Positions 8,166 through 18,801 of a stretch of 64,000 nucleotides of DNA are shown here, piece by piece. A model generated the notes under the pieces. The model was not told the DNA's origin. It saw only the letters and a list, made by a program, of their open reading frames with translations, and did not search any database. This stretch comes from an uncultured cyanobacterium (GTDB lineage: Bacteria > Cyanobacteriota > Cyanobacteriia > Cyanobacteriales > Nostocaceae), in the NCBI GenBank assembly GCA_963706595.1, contig OY970166.1, positions 4,160,001 to 4,224,000 on the forward strand, written 5' to 3'. Position numbers and translations under genes: made by a program. The first letter of the stretch is position 1, and each line of letters begins with the position of its first letter.

Positions 8166-10208
8166 ATGCCCGCGCCTACTATCAACCCCACAATCACAGC
8201 CTTCCCTTTGACAGCTGTAGTCGGTCAAGAAGCAATTAAAATAGCCTTGCTGTTAGCAGCAGTCGATCCCGGTTTGGGAGGAGTAGCGATCGCAGGTCGT
8301 CGCGGTACGGCAAAATCAGTCATGGCTCGTGCTATCCACGCCTTACTCCCACCCATTGAAGTTGTTAAAGACTCCATTAGTAACTGCGATCTCAATCACC
8401 CAGAAGACTGGGATGATTATCTGTTCGCCGAGTATGGAGACAAAGATATTCAAGATGTCCCCACCCAAATTATTCCCGCACCCTTTATTCAGATTCCTTT
8501 AGGAGTCACAGAAGACAGACTCCTGGGTTCTGTGGATGTAGAAAAGTCTGTGCAGCAAGGTGATACTATTTTTCAACCTGGGTTACTCGCCTCAGCTAAC
8601 CGGGGTGTGCTGTATGTAGATGAACTGAATTTATTAGATGACCAAATTTCCAATCAGCTATTAACAGTATTATCTGAAGGACGCAACCAGATTGAGCGCG
8701 AAGGCATTAGTTTTCAGCATCCTTGCAAATCCTTATTTATAGCCACCTATAACCCAGAGGAAGGTGCATTACGGGAGCATTTACTCGATAGAATTGCCAT
8801 TTCTCTTTCTGCTGATGGTGTCCTGGGCTTAGATCAAAGAGTATCAGCTGTAGAGCAGGCGATCGCCTATTCTAAATCTCCCCAAGCATTCCTCCAGCAA
8901 TACGAAGAAGACTTAGACTCCCTGAAAACCCAAATTCTTCTAGCACGGGAATGGTTGAAAGAAGTCACCATCACCCAAGAACAAATTACCTATTTAGTAG
9001 CTGAAGCCATTCGGGGTGGAGTCCAAGGACATCGCGCCGAATTATTTGCCGTGCGTGTAGCGAAAGCGGCGGCGGCTTTAGAAGGACGGACAACAGTCAA
9101 CGCGGAAGATTTACGCCGGGCGGTGGAATTAGTGATTGTCCCACGTTCCACAATCGTCCAGACCCCACCACCAGACCAACCACCACCACCCCCACCACCA
9201 CCACCTCAAAATCAAGACGAAGAAGACCAGCAAGAACAAGAAGACGACGAAGAAGAAGACAAAGAAGAACAGGAACAAGACGAACAAGACGAACAACAAC
9301 CCCCCGACATTCCAGAAGAATTTGTCTTTGACCCTGAAGGGGTAATTCTCGATGAGAGCGTGCTTTATTTTGCCCAAATGGCGAAACGACAAGGCAAATC
9401 GGGGAATCGCAGCATTATCTTCTCTGATGACCGGGGACGCTACATTAAGCCGATGTTACCCAAAGGGAAAGTCAGACGCATTGCGGTAGATGCAACTCTG
9501 AGGGCGGCTGCACCCTATCAAAAAGCCAGAAGGCAAAGACAGCCCAATAAAAAGGTGATTGTGGAACAAGGCGATATCCGTTCCAAACGTTTGGTACGCA
9601 AAGCTGGAGCCTTAGTAGTATTTGTCGTGGATGCTTCTGGTTCCATGGCTCTAAATCGGATGCAATCAGCCAAAGGTGCTGTCATGCAACTTTTGACAGA
9701 AGCTTATCAAAACCGTGACCAAGTAGCCTTGATTCCCTTCCGAGGAGAACAAGCCGAAGTATTATTACCTCCAACACGTTCCATAGCCTTAGCCCGTAAC
9801 CGCTTAGAAAGGCTACCTTGTGGCGGTGGTTCGCCTCTAGCACATGGTTTAACTCAAGCAGTCCGTGTGGGTGTAAATGCCCAAATGAGTGGTGATATTG
9901 GGCAAGTTGTAATTGTGGCTATCACTGATGGACGGGGTAATATTCCCTTGGCGCGTTCCTTGGGTGAACCGTTAGAACCAGGAGAAAAACCAGATATTAA
10001 AGCCGAATTGTTAGAAATTGCCGCGAGAATTCGAGCCTTGGGGATGCAATTATTGGTAATTGATACCGAGAGTAAATTTGTGTCTACTGGTTTTGCTAAA
10101 GAGTTATCGCAAACAGCCGCAGGTAAGTATTATCATTTGCCCAAAGCCAGCGATAAAACCATTGCTGCCATGACTAAAGGTGCGATCGCTGATTTAAAAT
10201 CAAGATAA
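8166..10208 (+). CDS. chlD: Magnesium chelatase subunit D
   Basis: AAA domain (GRRGTAKS), poly-Pro/acidic linker, vWA DASGSM; ATG at 8166 preferred over GTG at 8157. Confidence 0.97.
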   Translation: MPAPTINPTITAFPLTAVVGQEAIKIALLLAAVDPGLGGVAIAGRRGTAKSVMARAIHALLPPIEVVKDSISNCDLNHPEDWDDYLFAEYGDKDIQDVPTQIIPAPFIQIPLGVTEDRLLGSVDVEKSVQQGDTIFQPGLLASANRGVLYVDELNLLDDQISNQLLTVLSEGRNQIEREGISFQHPCKSLFIATYNPEEGALREHLLDRIAISLSADGVLGLDQRVSAVEQAIAYSKSPQAFLQQYEEDLDSLKTQILLAREWLKEVTITQEQITYLVAEAIRGGVQGHRAELFAVRVAKAAAALEGRTTVNAEDLRRAVELVIVPRSTIVQTPPPDQPPPPPPPPPQNQDEEDQQEQEDDEEEDKEEQEQDEQDEQQPPDIPEEFVFDPEGVILDESVLYFAQMAKRQGKSGNRSIIFSDDRGRYIKPMLPKGKVRRIAVDATLRAAAPYQKARRQRQPNKKVIVEQGDIRSKRLVRKAGALVVFVVDASGSMALNRMQSAKGAVMQLLTEAYQNRDQVALIPFRGEQAEVLLPPTRSIALARNRLERLPCGGGSPLAHGLTQAVRVGVNAQMSGDIGQVVIVAITDGRGNIPLARSLGEPLEPGEKPDIKAELLEIAARIRALGMQLLVIDTESKFVSTGFAKELSQTAAGKYYHLPKASDKTIAAMTKGAIADLKSR

Positions 10209-10270
10209 TTAGTCATTAGTCATTAGTCATTGTTAGGATTTTCGAGTTTTGATTCGCTTGTAGAGACGCG

Positions 10271-10483
10271 ATTTATCGCGTCTTTTAGACATTTATCGCG
10301 TCTTTTAGACATTTACCGCGTCTTTTAGACATTTACCGCGTCTTTTAGACATTTATCGCGTCTTTTAGACATTTATCGCGTCTTTTAGACATTTACCGCG
10401 TCTTTTAGACATTTATCGCGTCTTTTAGACATTTATCGCGTCTTTTAGACATTTATCGCCTCTTTGAGAGATTTATTGCGTCT
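10271..10483. repeat. 20-bp tandem repeat ATTTA(T/C)CGCGTCTTTTAGAC, 9 near-perfect copies plus degenerate ones
   Basis: Units begin every 20 bp from 10271 to 10471, with no spacers. Confidence 0.95.
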
Positions 10484-10498
10484 GAGTCTCAGCAATTT

Positions 10499-11284
10499 TC
10501 AAAACCCTGTTGGCACTGTTTGTGGTTGTAAATAGCAAATTAGATCCTGAATGCCTTTTTGCAAATATCGTGTGACTGTCATCGGACTGGTGCCAATATT
10601 CTTCGCCGCATCCTTGCGAGAAAGTTCCTTCAGAAACACCATTTCCACTGCCATTCGGGGCTTGTCTTCTAACATATTAATTGCTCCTTGCAGTTGTTGC
10701 CGTTCTTCATTTTGTTGCTGAAGCGCAGTAGAACGAGGACAAGGAAGCGCCTCACCCAGTGTGATTTGGCAATCCAGATAATGGGCGGCGGTAGCGTCTA
10801 AACTTAAAGGCATCCGATTTTGAGATGCTAACTTAGTTTCTTGCCATTCTTGGACAGAGACTTGTAGTTTCTCCGCAATTTCTGTATCTCTGGGAGAGCG
10901 ACCCAAAGAAATTGATAATTCTTTACGAACTTTTTGCCCCTCGTTATATAGTTCTTGCCAACGACGGGGGATTTTTAATAGACTACTGCGATCGCGTAAA
11001 AAGTGCAGCATCTCGCCTCGAATGTATGGCACAGCAAAGGAACTAAACGCATATCCTTGGCTAGGATCGAAGCGTTCAATAGCCCTAATTAAGCCAAAAT
11101 AACCTATTTGTTCTAAATCCTCATAAGGTTCATGACATTGATGGCTGAATTTATGAGCAATCTTTCTGACTAAACCAGTATGTAACTGTACGAGTTGATT
11201 ACGAAGTTTAATAGAGGGATTTTGGTGGTATGAGTGCAATAACTCCATACCATCAATTCGCATAGAGGTTTCACAGGTTGCCAT
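10499..11284 (-). CDS. sigJ: Group 3 sigma factor (SigB/SigF/SigG family), SigJ-type
   Basis: Region 2 DLEQIGYFGLIRAIERFDP...FSSFAVPYIRGEMLHFLRD and region 4 HTH; IAHKFSHQC/GEMLHF residues recalled as SigJ-like rather than SigF-like. Confidence 0.75.
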   Translation of the reverse strand: MATCETSMRIDGMELLHSYHQNPSIKLRNQLVQLHTGLVRKIAHKFSHQCHEPYEDLEQIGYFGLIRAIERFDPSQGYAFSSFAVPYIRGEMLHFLRDRSSLLKIPRRWQELYNEGQKVRKELSISLGRSPRDTEIAEKLQVSVQEWQETKLASQNRMPLSLDATAAHYLDCQITLGEALPCPRSTALQQQNEERQQLQGAINMLEDKPRMAVEMVFLKELSRKDAAKNIGTSPMTVTRYLQKGIQDLICYLQPQTVPTGF

Positions 11285-11728
11285 ATAAAAATTCCTTTTT
11301 TATAACTCCTTTTTCTTAAAAAAATGGAGTTGCGTATATTGCCTTCAAATCTCTCATTATTTTCCTTAGTCAAGGCTGAATAAACCATCGTTGTTTTACT
11401 GAAATTAGGGAAAATCCTACTATACTAATCAGTAATTTTACGCAAGTTTCGCGGTTTTTTGCTGTTGCTAGTTATTTTATTTTTCCAATGAATAATTGTT
11501 CCCCCAAAAATGTTGCGTTTTTACAACAAAAGCTAGCTATTTATGATTAAAAATGCCTACCTTACCCCATAGCCGTATTTCTACTTGAGGGCAACAAAGT
11601 CTGATACTAAGTTGAGGTCAAAAATAGCATCTAGAAATTGTATTGTTGATCAGTGTGAACCTTGGCTGTTCACCGCAAAAGTTGGTAAAAATGGAATATA
11701 TAGGATATTCATCTCAAAAAATTGACAA

Positions 11729-12457
11729 ATGAGCAATACCAGCAACTTTCGTGACGCTATTCGTGAGGCTAAAACTCAAGCCCTCATTGGCCCAAATGTC
11801 ATTGCCAATGCCCTACCCTTTGTCGGTGGCGGTCTTGTGCTAACAGCCTTGGGAACCTATGGCGGTCTAGGCGTTATTCGTACCAACCCCGCTATTTTCT
11901 TTCCCACCTTCATTGGTGCAGTGATTGTGGAGTTAATTCTATTCTTTGTTGCCAGAAATATTGCGGAAAAAGGTAACAAGAGTTTAGCACTACCTCTACT
12001 AGCAACCTACAGTCTCTTATCTGGATACACCCTCAGTGGCTTAGTATTCCTTGCCTTGCAAACCCAAGGCGTTGGCATTCAAGGTATTGGTTTAGCTGCC
12101 CTTGGTTGTGGCGTTACCTTCATTGTCGCTCGTCAAATTGGTTCCAATCTTTCCGAAAAAGATGGGATGGCTTTGACAAAAACCATCAGCCTGGGTGTAA
12201 TTGCCTTGGTCGTTGTCTGTCTTGTCCAATTTGCATTCGCCATGTTTGGTGTTTACACACCTAGTTGGTTAGAAATCGGGATCTCAGGTTTAGGGGTTTT
12301 CCTGTTTGTGGGGGTCTCTGTGGTTGATTTCTACATTTTGCCTCGGACTTATCGGGACGACCAATATCTACCTGCGGCTTTGTCGATGTACCTTACCTAC
12401 GTGAATCTGTTTGTGTTTATCTTGCGGTTGTTAATTGCCCTGAATGGTCGTGATTAA
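11729..12457 (+). CDS. Bax inhibitor-1/YccA family membrane protein
   Basis: 7 TM helices, C-terminal AALSMYLTYVNLFVFILRLL. Confidence 0.9.
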   Translation: MSNTSNFRDAIREAKTQALIGPNVIANALPFVGGGLVLTALGTYGGLGVIRTNPAIFFPTFIGAVIVELILFFVARNIAEKGNKSLALPLLATYSLLSGYTLSGLVFLALQTQGVGIQGIGLAALGCGVTFIVARQIGSNLSEKDGMALTKTISLGVIALVVVCLVQFAFAMFGVYTPSWLEIGISGLGVFLFVGVSVVDFYILPRTYRDDQYLPAALSMYLTYVNLFVFILRLLIALNGRD

Positions 12458-12546
12458 GGGTCCTCAAAACAATCCAAATTATAGCAACCGCCAAGGAGGT
12501 TAAGACATAAACGGATAATCAAACTTAGACACCATTCGGGTTTTAA

Positions 12547-12585
12547 CCCACTCCCTACTCCCTACTCCCTACTCCCTACTCCCCA
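12547..12585. repeat. Heptamer STRR (CTCCCTA)n within a dispersed repeat
   Basis: About 5 tandem copies. Confidence 0.8.
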
Positions 12586-12702
12586 ACTATAATCATTAAT
12601 TGTCCGCCGTGGTGACTGTAAATGAACCACGGTTTTTTGTGGTCAGATAAAGAATGGCAATTTTATACTACAATAGTTAGTTGACCTTCTTTAGCAAGCA
12701 CT

Positions 12703-13825
12703 ATGGAAGTATTAGAACTCAAACGCGAAATCGAAATATTGTCCGGTCGTCTGGGTAAAGCCCAGGACTATCTTTGACATACCTGCACTGACTGCCAAAA
12801 TTCAAGATTTAGAACAAATAGCCGCACAACCAGAATTGTGGGACGACCAAACTCAAGCACAACAAACGCTGCAAGAACTTAACGACCTGAAAGCCCACCT
12901 CCAGCAATATCAGCAGTGGCGTTCTAGTCTGGAAGATACCACAGCAGTTGTTGAACTATTGGAGTTAGAAACTGACGAAGCACTATTGCAAGAGGCAGAA
13001 TCTACAGTCATCAAGCTCAATCGTGAACTTGACCAGTGGGAGTTACAACAGTTACTTTCTGGCCCCTATGATGTAGAAGGGGCAGTATTGACAATTAATG
13101 CGGGCGCTGGTGGCACAGATGCCCAAGACTGGGCGTTTATGCTCATGCGGATGTATACCCGTTGGGCAGAATCCCACGGTTACAAAGTCAGTTTAGCTGA
13201 AGAATCAGAAGGTGATGAGGCTGGGATTAAATCAGCAACCCTGGAAATTACTGGTCGCTACGCCTATGGTTATTTGCGCTCGGAAACAGGCACACACCGC
13301 CTAGTACGCATTTCACCTTTTAATGCTAACGGTAAGCGGCAAACCAGTTTTGCTGGAGTGGAAATCATGCCGCAATTAGACCACTCCGTACAACTAGACA
13401 TTCCCGAAAAGGATTTGGAAATTACTACATCCAGGGCTGGCGGTAAAGGTGGGCAGAATGTCAACAAAGTAGAAACAGCAGTCCGAATTGTTCACTTACC
13501 CACTGGACTGGCAGTGCGTTGTACAGAAGAACGTTCTCAACTGCAAAATAAAGACAAAGCCCTCGCCCGCCTGAAAGCTAAACTGCTGGTCATTGCCAGA
13601 GAGCAACGGGCTAAAGAAGTCGCCGAAATTAGAGGTGATATGGTGGAAGCTTCTTGGGGCAACCAAATTCGTAATTATGTGTTTCACCCTTACCAAATGG
13701 TCAAGGATTTGCGAACAAACGTGGAAACAACTGCCATATCTGATGTCATGGATGGCGACCTCGATTCGTTTATTCAAGCCTATCTGCGGCAAGAAAACCA
13801 GCTGGTAGAAAACACTTTGGCCTAA
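12703..13825 (+). CDS. prfB: Peptide chain release factor 2, with programmed +1 frameshift
   Basis: ATG 12703, 24 codons to CTT-TGA-C (12772-12778), continues in +1 frame into the ORF with SPF and GGQ motifs. Confidence 0.97.
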
Positions 13826-13828
13826 CCC

Positions 13829-14072
13829 CTACCGTGTACACACAAGTGATTGAATCACCCCAAATCCTTTAAAAGTAGTGGCGTGGCAAGCCTAAAATGT
13901 TGCAAAAATTGTAGGTTGGGTTGAGGTTTTGGGAAACCCAACATCATTGGTCCGGTTGGGTTGCGCTGCGCTTAACCCAACCTACGTCTAGGGCATCATT
14001 TTAAGTGTGTCATTCCACTACGAAAAGAAAATGAGTGCAGGTTATATTTTCCGACTTGTGTGTACACCGTAG
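13829..14072. repeat. Three-layer nested MITE-like repeat
   Basis: Outer TIR 13829-13847/14054-14072 (18/19 match), middle element 13876-14020, inner hairpin 13911-13985. Confidence 0.85.
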
Positions 14073-14174
14073 GTCCTAACCCAGGGCGCAGGGTGAAAGA
14101 ATAGGCACAATGACGATAGAAGCATAGGTAAGCTGTTACATTTATAGATAAAAGAGATTGGGGAGTAAATTATT

Positions 14175-14327
14175 ATGAGCAATTCACCAACAGAATCCAA
14201 ACCTAGCTACGTAAAATTGGCCATGCGAAACATGGTGCGTAAGGGAGGCACTTCTATGAAACATTTTGCCCTCACTACTATAGGGCTTTTAGCTGTTTTC
14301 GTGGGTCTGGCTTACCTAACTCACTAA
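14175..14327 (+). CDS. DUF3285 family small membrane protein (50 aa)
   Basis: Manual translation MSNSPTESKPSYVKLAMRNMVRKGGTSMKHFALTTIGLLAVFVGLAYLTH; GGGAG SD; below ORF-track cutoff. Confidence 0.85.
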   Translation: MSNSPTESKPSYVKLAMRNMVRKGGTSMKHFALTTIGLLAVFVGLAYLTH

Positions 14328-14369
14328 CAACAAACCAAAATTGCAAGCTGTGAGGAGAGTTTAAAGCTG

Positions 14370-14897
14370 GTGCAAGTTGAACTAGATGTGCAGGATTTGT
14401 TTTATGAATCGTCCCCAATAGAAGCTAGAGATTTTGGGGATAACAATAGTCGAATTGCTACCCAAACTTGGTCAGACTGGTTTAATCGCTGGCTGGAATC
14501 TCTACATCCTCATCTGCCGCCAGCGCCAAGTTATGAAATAGGGCTGCGTTTGACAGATGACGCGGAAATTCAGGCATTAAATTCTCAATATCGTCATCAA
14601 GATCAACCCACAGATGTTTTGTCATTTGCGGCCTTAGAAGTAGATTTTCCTCAAAGTCCGGAAATGCTGGATGCGCCTTTGTATCTAGGTGATATTGTGA
14701 TTTCAGTAAATACAGCTCAACGTCAAGCTCAACAGCAGGGGCATAGTTTATCAACAGAGTTAGCTTGGTTAAGCGCTCACGGGCTATTGCATCTGTTGGG
14801 TTGGGATCATCCAGATGAAGAGCAGTTGATGCAAATGCTCAAACAGCAAGTAATCTTACTGAAAATAATCAGTATTGATCTTGACATAGAATATTAA
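14370..14897 (+). CDS. ybeY: rRNA maturation endoribonuclease YbeY
   Basis: PTDVLSF, LGDIVIS, HGLLHLLGWDH metal-binding motif. Confidence 0.95.
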   Translation: MQVELDVQDLFYESSPIEARDFGDNNSRIATQTWSDWFNRWLESLHPHLPPAPSYEIGLRLTDDAEIQALNSQYRHQDQPTDVLSFAALEVDFPQSPEMLDAPLYLGDIVISVNTAQRQAQQQGHSLSTELAWLSAHGLLHLLGWDHPDEEQLMQMLKQQVILLKIISIDLDIEY

Positions 14898-15027
14898 GGA
14901 TTATTTATGTCTGTAAGTGTTTATAATACTTCTGTAGAAAAATCCTTCCAACTTGATTGCATCATAAAAAAAGCAAAAAATCAGTGATATTCTGCTGTAA
15001 TTACTTTGTTGTTCTATTTTTAAGCTT

Positions 15028-15483
15028 ATGTCCCAACAAGTTTCCCCTCCATCAACACCAAACTGTCTACCAACACTAGTCACTAAGGAACGGGAACTAT
15101 CCTGGCAAGTTGCTTCTAATTTATTCATCAGCTTTAAATATGCCTGGGCTGGAATCAGTTATAGTTTTCATACTCAACGCAACTTTCGCATCCACCTAAG
15201 TGTTTGTGCTTTAGCGATCGCTTTAAGCATTTTCTTGCATTTGCAAGCAGTAGAAATTGCTATCATTGGTATAACTAGCGGCTTAGTCTTGGCATTAGAA
15301 TTACTGAATACAGCAGTTGAGTCCCTTGTAGACTTAACCGTGAAGCAGACATACCATGAGTTGGCAAAAATCGCTAAAGATTGCGCTGCTGGTGCTGTGC
15401 TGGTCTCCGCTTTGGTAGCTGTACTGGTTGCGTGTATACTCTTGCTGCCGCCTTTGGTGATTTTAATTATGTCAAATTTCTAG
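15028..15483 (+). CDS. dgkA: Diacylglycerol/undecaprenol kinase family protein
   Basis: ELLNTAVESLVD and AKIAKDCAAGAV motifs; located after ybeY. Confidence 0.9.
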   Translation: MSQQVSPPSTPNCLPTLVTKERELSWQVASNLFISFKYAWAGISYSFHTQRNFRIHLSVCALAIALSIFLHLQAVEIAIIGITSGLVLALELLNTAVESLVDLTVKQTYHELAKIAKDCAAGAVLVSALVAVLVACILLLPPLVILIMSNF

Positions 15484-15644
15484 GTTTGGTTGTTATTCCC
15501 AGATGATCATGCTGATAATATTTGAAAAGTGGACATACTTTGTACATGTCGGCTTCAGGCAGGGCATCAGTTGGTATGTCTGGTTATTTTTGATAATTAA
15601 TGACTATAAATAATATGGGTGATAGAAACCAGGAGTTATAAGTT

Positions 15645-16244
15645 TTGATTATAGTCATCGATAATTATGATAGTTTTACATATAATTTGGTGCAGTATTT
15701 AGGAGAACTAGCAGCAGAGTTCCCTGTAGCATCAGATATTCAAGTTTTTCGCAACGATAAAATCACAGTAGACGAAATTCGCGCCTTAAATCCGGCGCTT
15801 GTAGTCATTTCTCCTGGGCCTGGTCGTCCAGAAAACGCTGGAATCTCGCAAGATTTAATTAAACAGCTAGGTCACAATTTACCAATTTTGGGTGTCTGTT
15901 TGGGGCATCAAAGTATTGGTCAAGTATTTGGTGGTAAAATCGTTTCGGCTACAGATTTGATGCATGGTAAGACTTCTCAGGTGTCTCACACTGGGGTAGG
16001 TGTTTTCCAGGGGTTAGAAAATCCGATGGTCGCAACCAGATATCATAGTTTAGTCATTGATCGTGACACCTGCCCAGAAGTCCTAGAAATCACCGCTTGG
16101 GTTGAAGATGGCACTATTATGGGAGTGCGACACCGGAACTATCCTCACATTCAGGGTGTCCAGTTTCATCCAGAGAGTGTTTTAACATCTTCAGGAAAGC
16201 AGTTATTACGAAACTTTCTGGAACAATTACAGTTAAGAGAGTGA
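15645..16244 (+). CDS. Anthranilate/aminodeoxychorismate synthase component II (glutamine amidotransferase, TrpG/PabA)
   Basis: [29 protein letters not shown]. Confidence 0.95.
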   Translation: MIIVIDNYDSFTYNLVQYLGELAAEFPVASDIQVFRNDKITVDEIRALNPALVVISPGPGRPENAGISQDLIKQLGHNLPILGVCLGHQSIGQVFGGKIVSATDLMHGKTSQVSHTGVGVFQGLENPMVATRYHSLVIDRDTCPEVLEITAWVEDGTIMGVRHRNYPHIQGVQFHPESVLTSSGKQLLRNFLEQLQLRE

Positions 16245-16247
16245 TTA

Positions 16248-17012
16248 ATGAAACGACGACAGTTGATAGGCTATGCTGGGGCGGGTTTATCCACAGCACT
16301 AGTTACTACTTTGGGTTTGCATCTGAAAGCTGACGCGCAATCTAGCGGTTTATCAGTTCAGTGGTTGGGTCATACTTGCTTTCTATTTACTGGTGGCGGG
16401 GTGAGAATTCTGGTTAATCCATTTCAGACGGCTGGCTGTACAGCTGGTTATCGTCTGCCGCGAGTTGAGGCAGATTTAGTCATGATTAGCAGTCAATTAC
16501 TGGATGAAGGTGCTGTAGACGGACTACCAGGAAACCCCAAGTTAGTATTTGCACCGGGTGCTTACGAATATCAAGGTATTAAGTTACAAGGAATTGCCAT
16601 AGACCATGACCGCAGAGGTGGTAGGCAATTTGGGATAAATACTGCTTGGCGTTGGCAGCAAGGGGGAATTAATATCCTGCATCTAGGAGGCGCTGCTGCA
16701 CCTATTTCCACTGAACAAAGAATTATGATGGGTCGTCCCGATGTGGCGTTAATTCCAGTGGGAGGTAGTGATAAGGCGTATAATGCCCAAGAAGCCAAGC
16801 AGGCTATTGGGGTGTTAAATCCTAAATTGGTGATTCCCACTCACTACCGTACACAAGCTGCTGATGCTGTATGTGATATTTCTCCAGTGGATGAATTCCT
16901 CACTGTGATGCAGGGTATGACTGTGCGTCGTAGTAATAGTGATACTATTGCTATTAGCGCTAGTAATCTCCCAGAGAATAGTGAGATTCAGCTTTTAAGC
17001 TACAAATTTTAA
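16248..17012 (+). CDS. MBL-fold metallo-hydrolase-like protein with Tat signal
   Basis: MKRRQLI twin-Arg signal, WLGHTCF, VIPTHY; the HxHxDH motif is degenerate (SSQLLDE). Confidence 0.8.
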   Translation: MKRRQLIGYAGAGLSTALVTTLGLHLKADAQSSGLSVQWLGHTCFLFTGGGVRILVNPFQTAGCTAGYRLPRVEADLVMISSQLLDEGAVDGLPGNPKLVFAPGAYEYQGIKLQGIAIDHDRRGGRQFGINTAWRWQQGGINILHLGGAAAPISTEQRIMMGRPDVALIPVGGSDKAYNAQEAKQAIGVLNPKLVIPTHYRTQAADAVCDISPVDEFLTVMQGMTVRRSNSDTIAISASNLPENSEIQLLSYKF

Positions 17013-17129
17013 TTAATAAATTTTAGTTAATCAAAGACCCCACCCCTAACCCCTCCGGTGCAAGCGAGGAGGGGAAAAGAGTATAGGGGTTCAAGATGTA
17101 ATTAAACTGAGTTTACACTCAGCACTGAT

Positions 17130-18356
17130 CTAGGCGGTAAACCATTGTGGGGTCAGTCTATTTTCTTCAGCAACAAAAGACTCAGTTGCTGTTGTGCCAT
17201 TCATAGACCAAATTTTATCTACACCTGTTTGTTGGTCACGCCAGTAGATATCAGTTGTGCCATTACCATCGAAGTCACCCAATGATGGGGACAAACCAGG
17301 AGCAATGCTTGGTAGGAAAGCTTCTGTGCTAACTGTTGTACCATCCATCAACCAGGCGGTATTCTCACCAGTTACCTGATTATGCCAGAAGATATCTGTC
17401 TTACCATCGCCATTAAAGTCACCAATAGAAGATGTCCAGGATGAGTCTAGTGTTGCTAGCGCACCTTCAGTGACAAAAATACCGTTCATTGTCCAAATCT
17501 TGTTTTCACCTGTTTCGCTGTTGCTCCAAAGAATATCAGTTCTAAAGTCACCATTGAAATCACCAAGGGTAAAGTCCCAAGATGGGTCTTGTGATTGGAG
17601 ACCAAATTCGGTTTTGTTATTACCATCCATAAACCAGACTTTGTTCTCACCAGTTGTCTGATTGCGCCAGAAGACATCACTCTTGCCATTACCGTCGAAA
17701 TCTACAATGGTGGGAGCGTAGGTTGTGTCTGTGGTGTCTAGAACGGCTGCGTCAATAACTGTGATACCATCCATTGTCCAGATAGCATTTTGACCAGTTT
17801 GAGCATTATGCCAGAAAATATCGGTCTTGCGATCGCCATTAAAATCGGCAATTTTAGCAGTCCAATTGGGGTCAACTGTTTCCAGCGCCACTGTATTAGC
17901 AATTCGTGTGCCTTCCATTAGCACAATGCGATTTTCACCTGTGGCTTGGTTACGCAATAAGAAGTCAGTCTTGCTATCACCATTAAAATCAGCAATTTCG
18001 TAAGACATAGATGATAGGTCATATTGACCGAGGGAAGCCTCTTCAATAATCCTGGTTCCATCCATGAGGCGAACGATGATTTCACCAGTTTCAGCATTGA
18101 CCCAAAGTTTATCTGTTTTGCCATCTCCGTTGAAATCAGGCACAATCGCCGCACTGGTTAAGTACGGATTAGGGTTAGGGTTGGCTCCTCCAAATAGGTT
18201 GGGAATTGTTGGTGTAGTGTTTAAGGGTGAGGAACTGCTACTGCTTCGTGATATAGGATTGAATTCTAGGTCTGAATTAGATACTAAAGCTGTTGATATT
18301 GCCACAGATTCATCAAATGAACTCTTTATTCTTTCGTCAAATCCAGAAGTAGGCAT
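17130..18356 (-). CDS. FG-GAP/VCBS repeat beta-propeller protein
   Basis: Seven DFNGDGKTD-type Ca-binding repeats. Confidence 0.9.
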   Translation of the reverse strand: MPTSGFDERIKSSFDESVAISTALVSNSDLEFNPISRSSSSSSPLNTTPTIPNLFGGANPNPNPYLTSAAIVPDFNGDGKTDKLWVNAETGEIIVRLMDGTRIIEEASLGQYDLSSMSYEIADFNGDSKTDFLLRNQATGENRIVLMEGTRIANTVALETVDPNWTAKIADFNGDRKTDIFWHNAQTGQNAIWTMDGITVIDAAVLDTTDTTYAPTIVDFDGNGKSDVFWRNQTTGENKVWFMDGNNKTEFGLQSQDPSWDFTLGDFNGDFRTDILWSNSETGENKIWTMNGIFVTEGALATLDSSWTSSIGDFNGDGKTDIFWHNQVTGENTAWLMDGTTVSTEAFLPSIAPGLSPSLGDFDGNGTTDIYWRDQQTGVDKIWSMNGTTATESFVAEENRLTPQWFTA

Positions 18357-18801
18357 AATGTATTTTTATGAGTTGTTCTGATTCAAGTTTTAACTTTTTT
18401 GTGGAGTAAGATTCTGTAATTTAAAAACTTTTTTTATTATTTCCATATTTCTTTATAAACATTTATCTTTAATAATTGTCAGTCTTTCCATACATTTATT
18501 AGTCTCGTTAATGATTTTAATCTGCGAGTGAATTATCAGGCTTTATAGACAAATTAACAATATTTTTGAAGGTGAATTATCATGAAAAAACTATATTTAA
18601 ATAGCGGCTAATATTGCCAAAAATACCGTTATTTTCAATACATTAAAAATCCGGCATTTGAGTTCAACCCAGATATTAATCAGGGTGTGAGTAATTATTC
18701 AAAGAAATATTGGCTAAAATAATTGAAATTAGACACAACTTTCCCTAGTTTACAGTTGTCTAAAGTGTAAAATAATACTAAAAGTTACAAATTGATTACT
18801 T

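Noticed and set aside
9129..9392. Low-complexity repeat ORFs
   Set aside because: Alternative frames of the normal ChlD Pro/acidic linker
10271..10483. Possible CRISPR array
   Set aside because: Contiguous 20-bp units with no unique spacers and no cas genes
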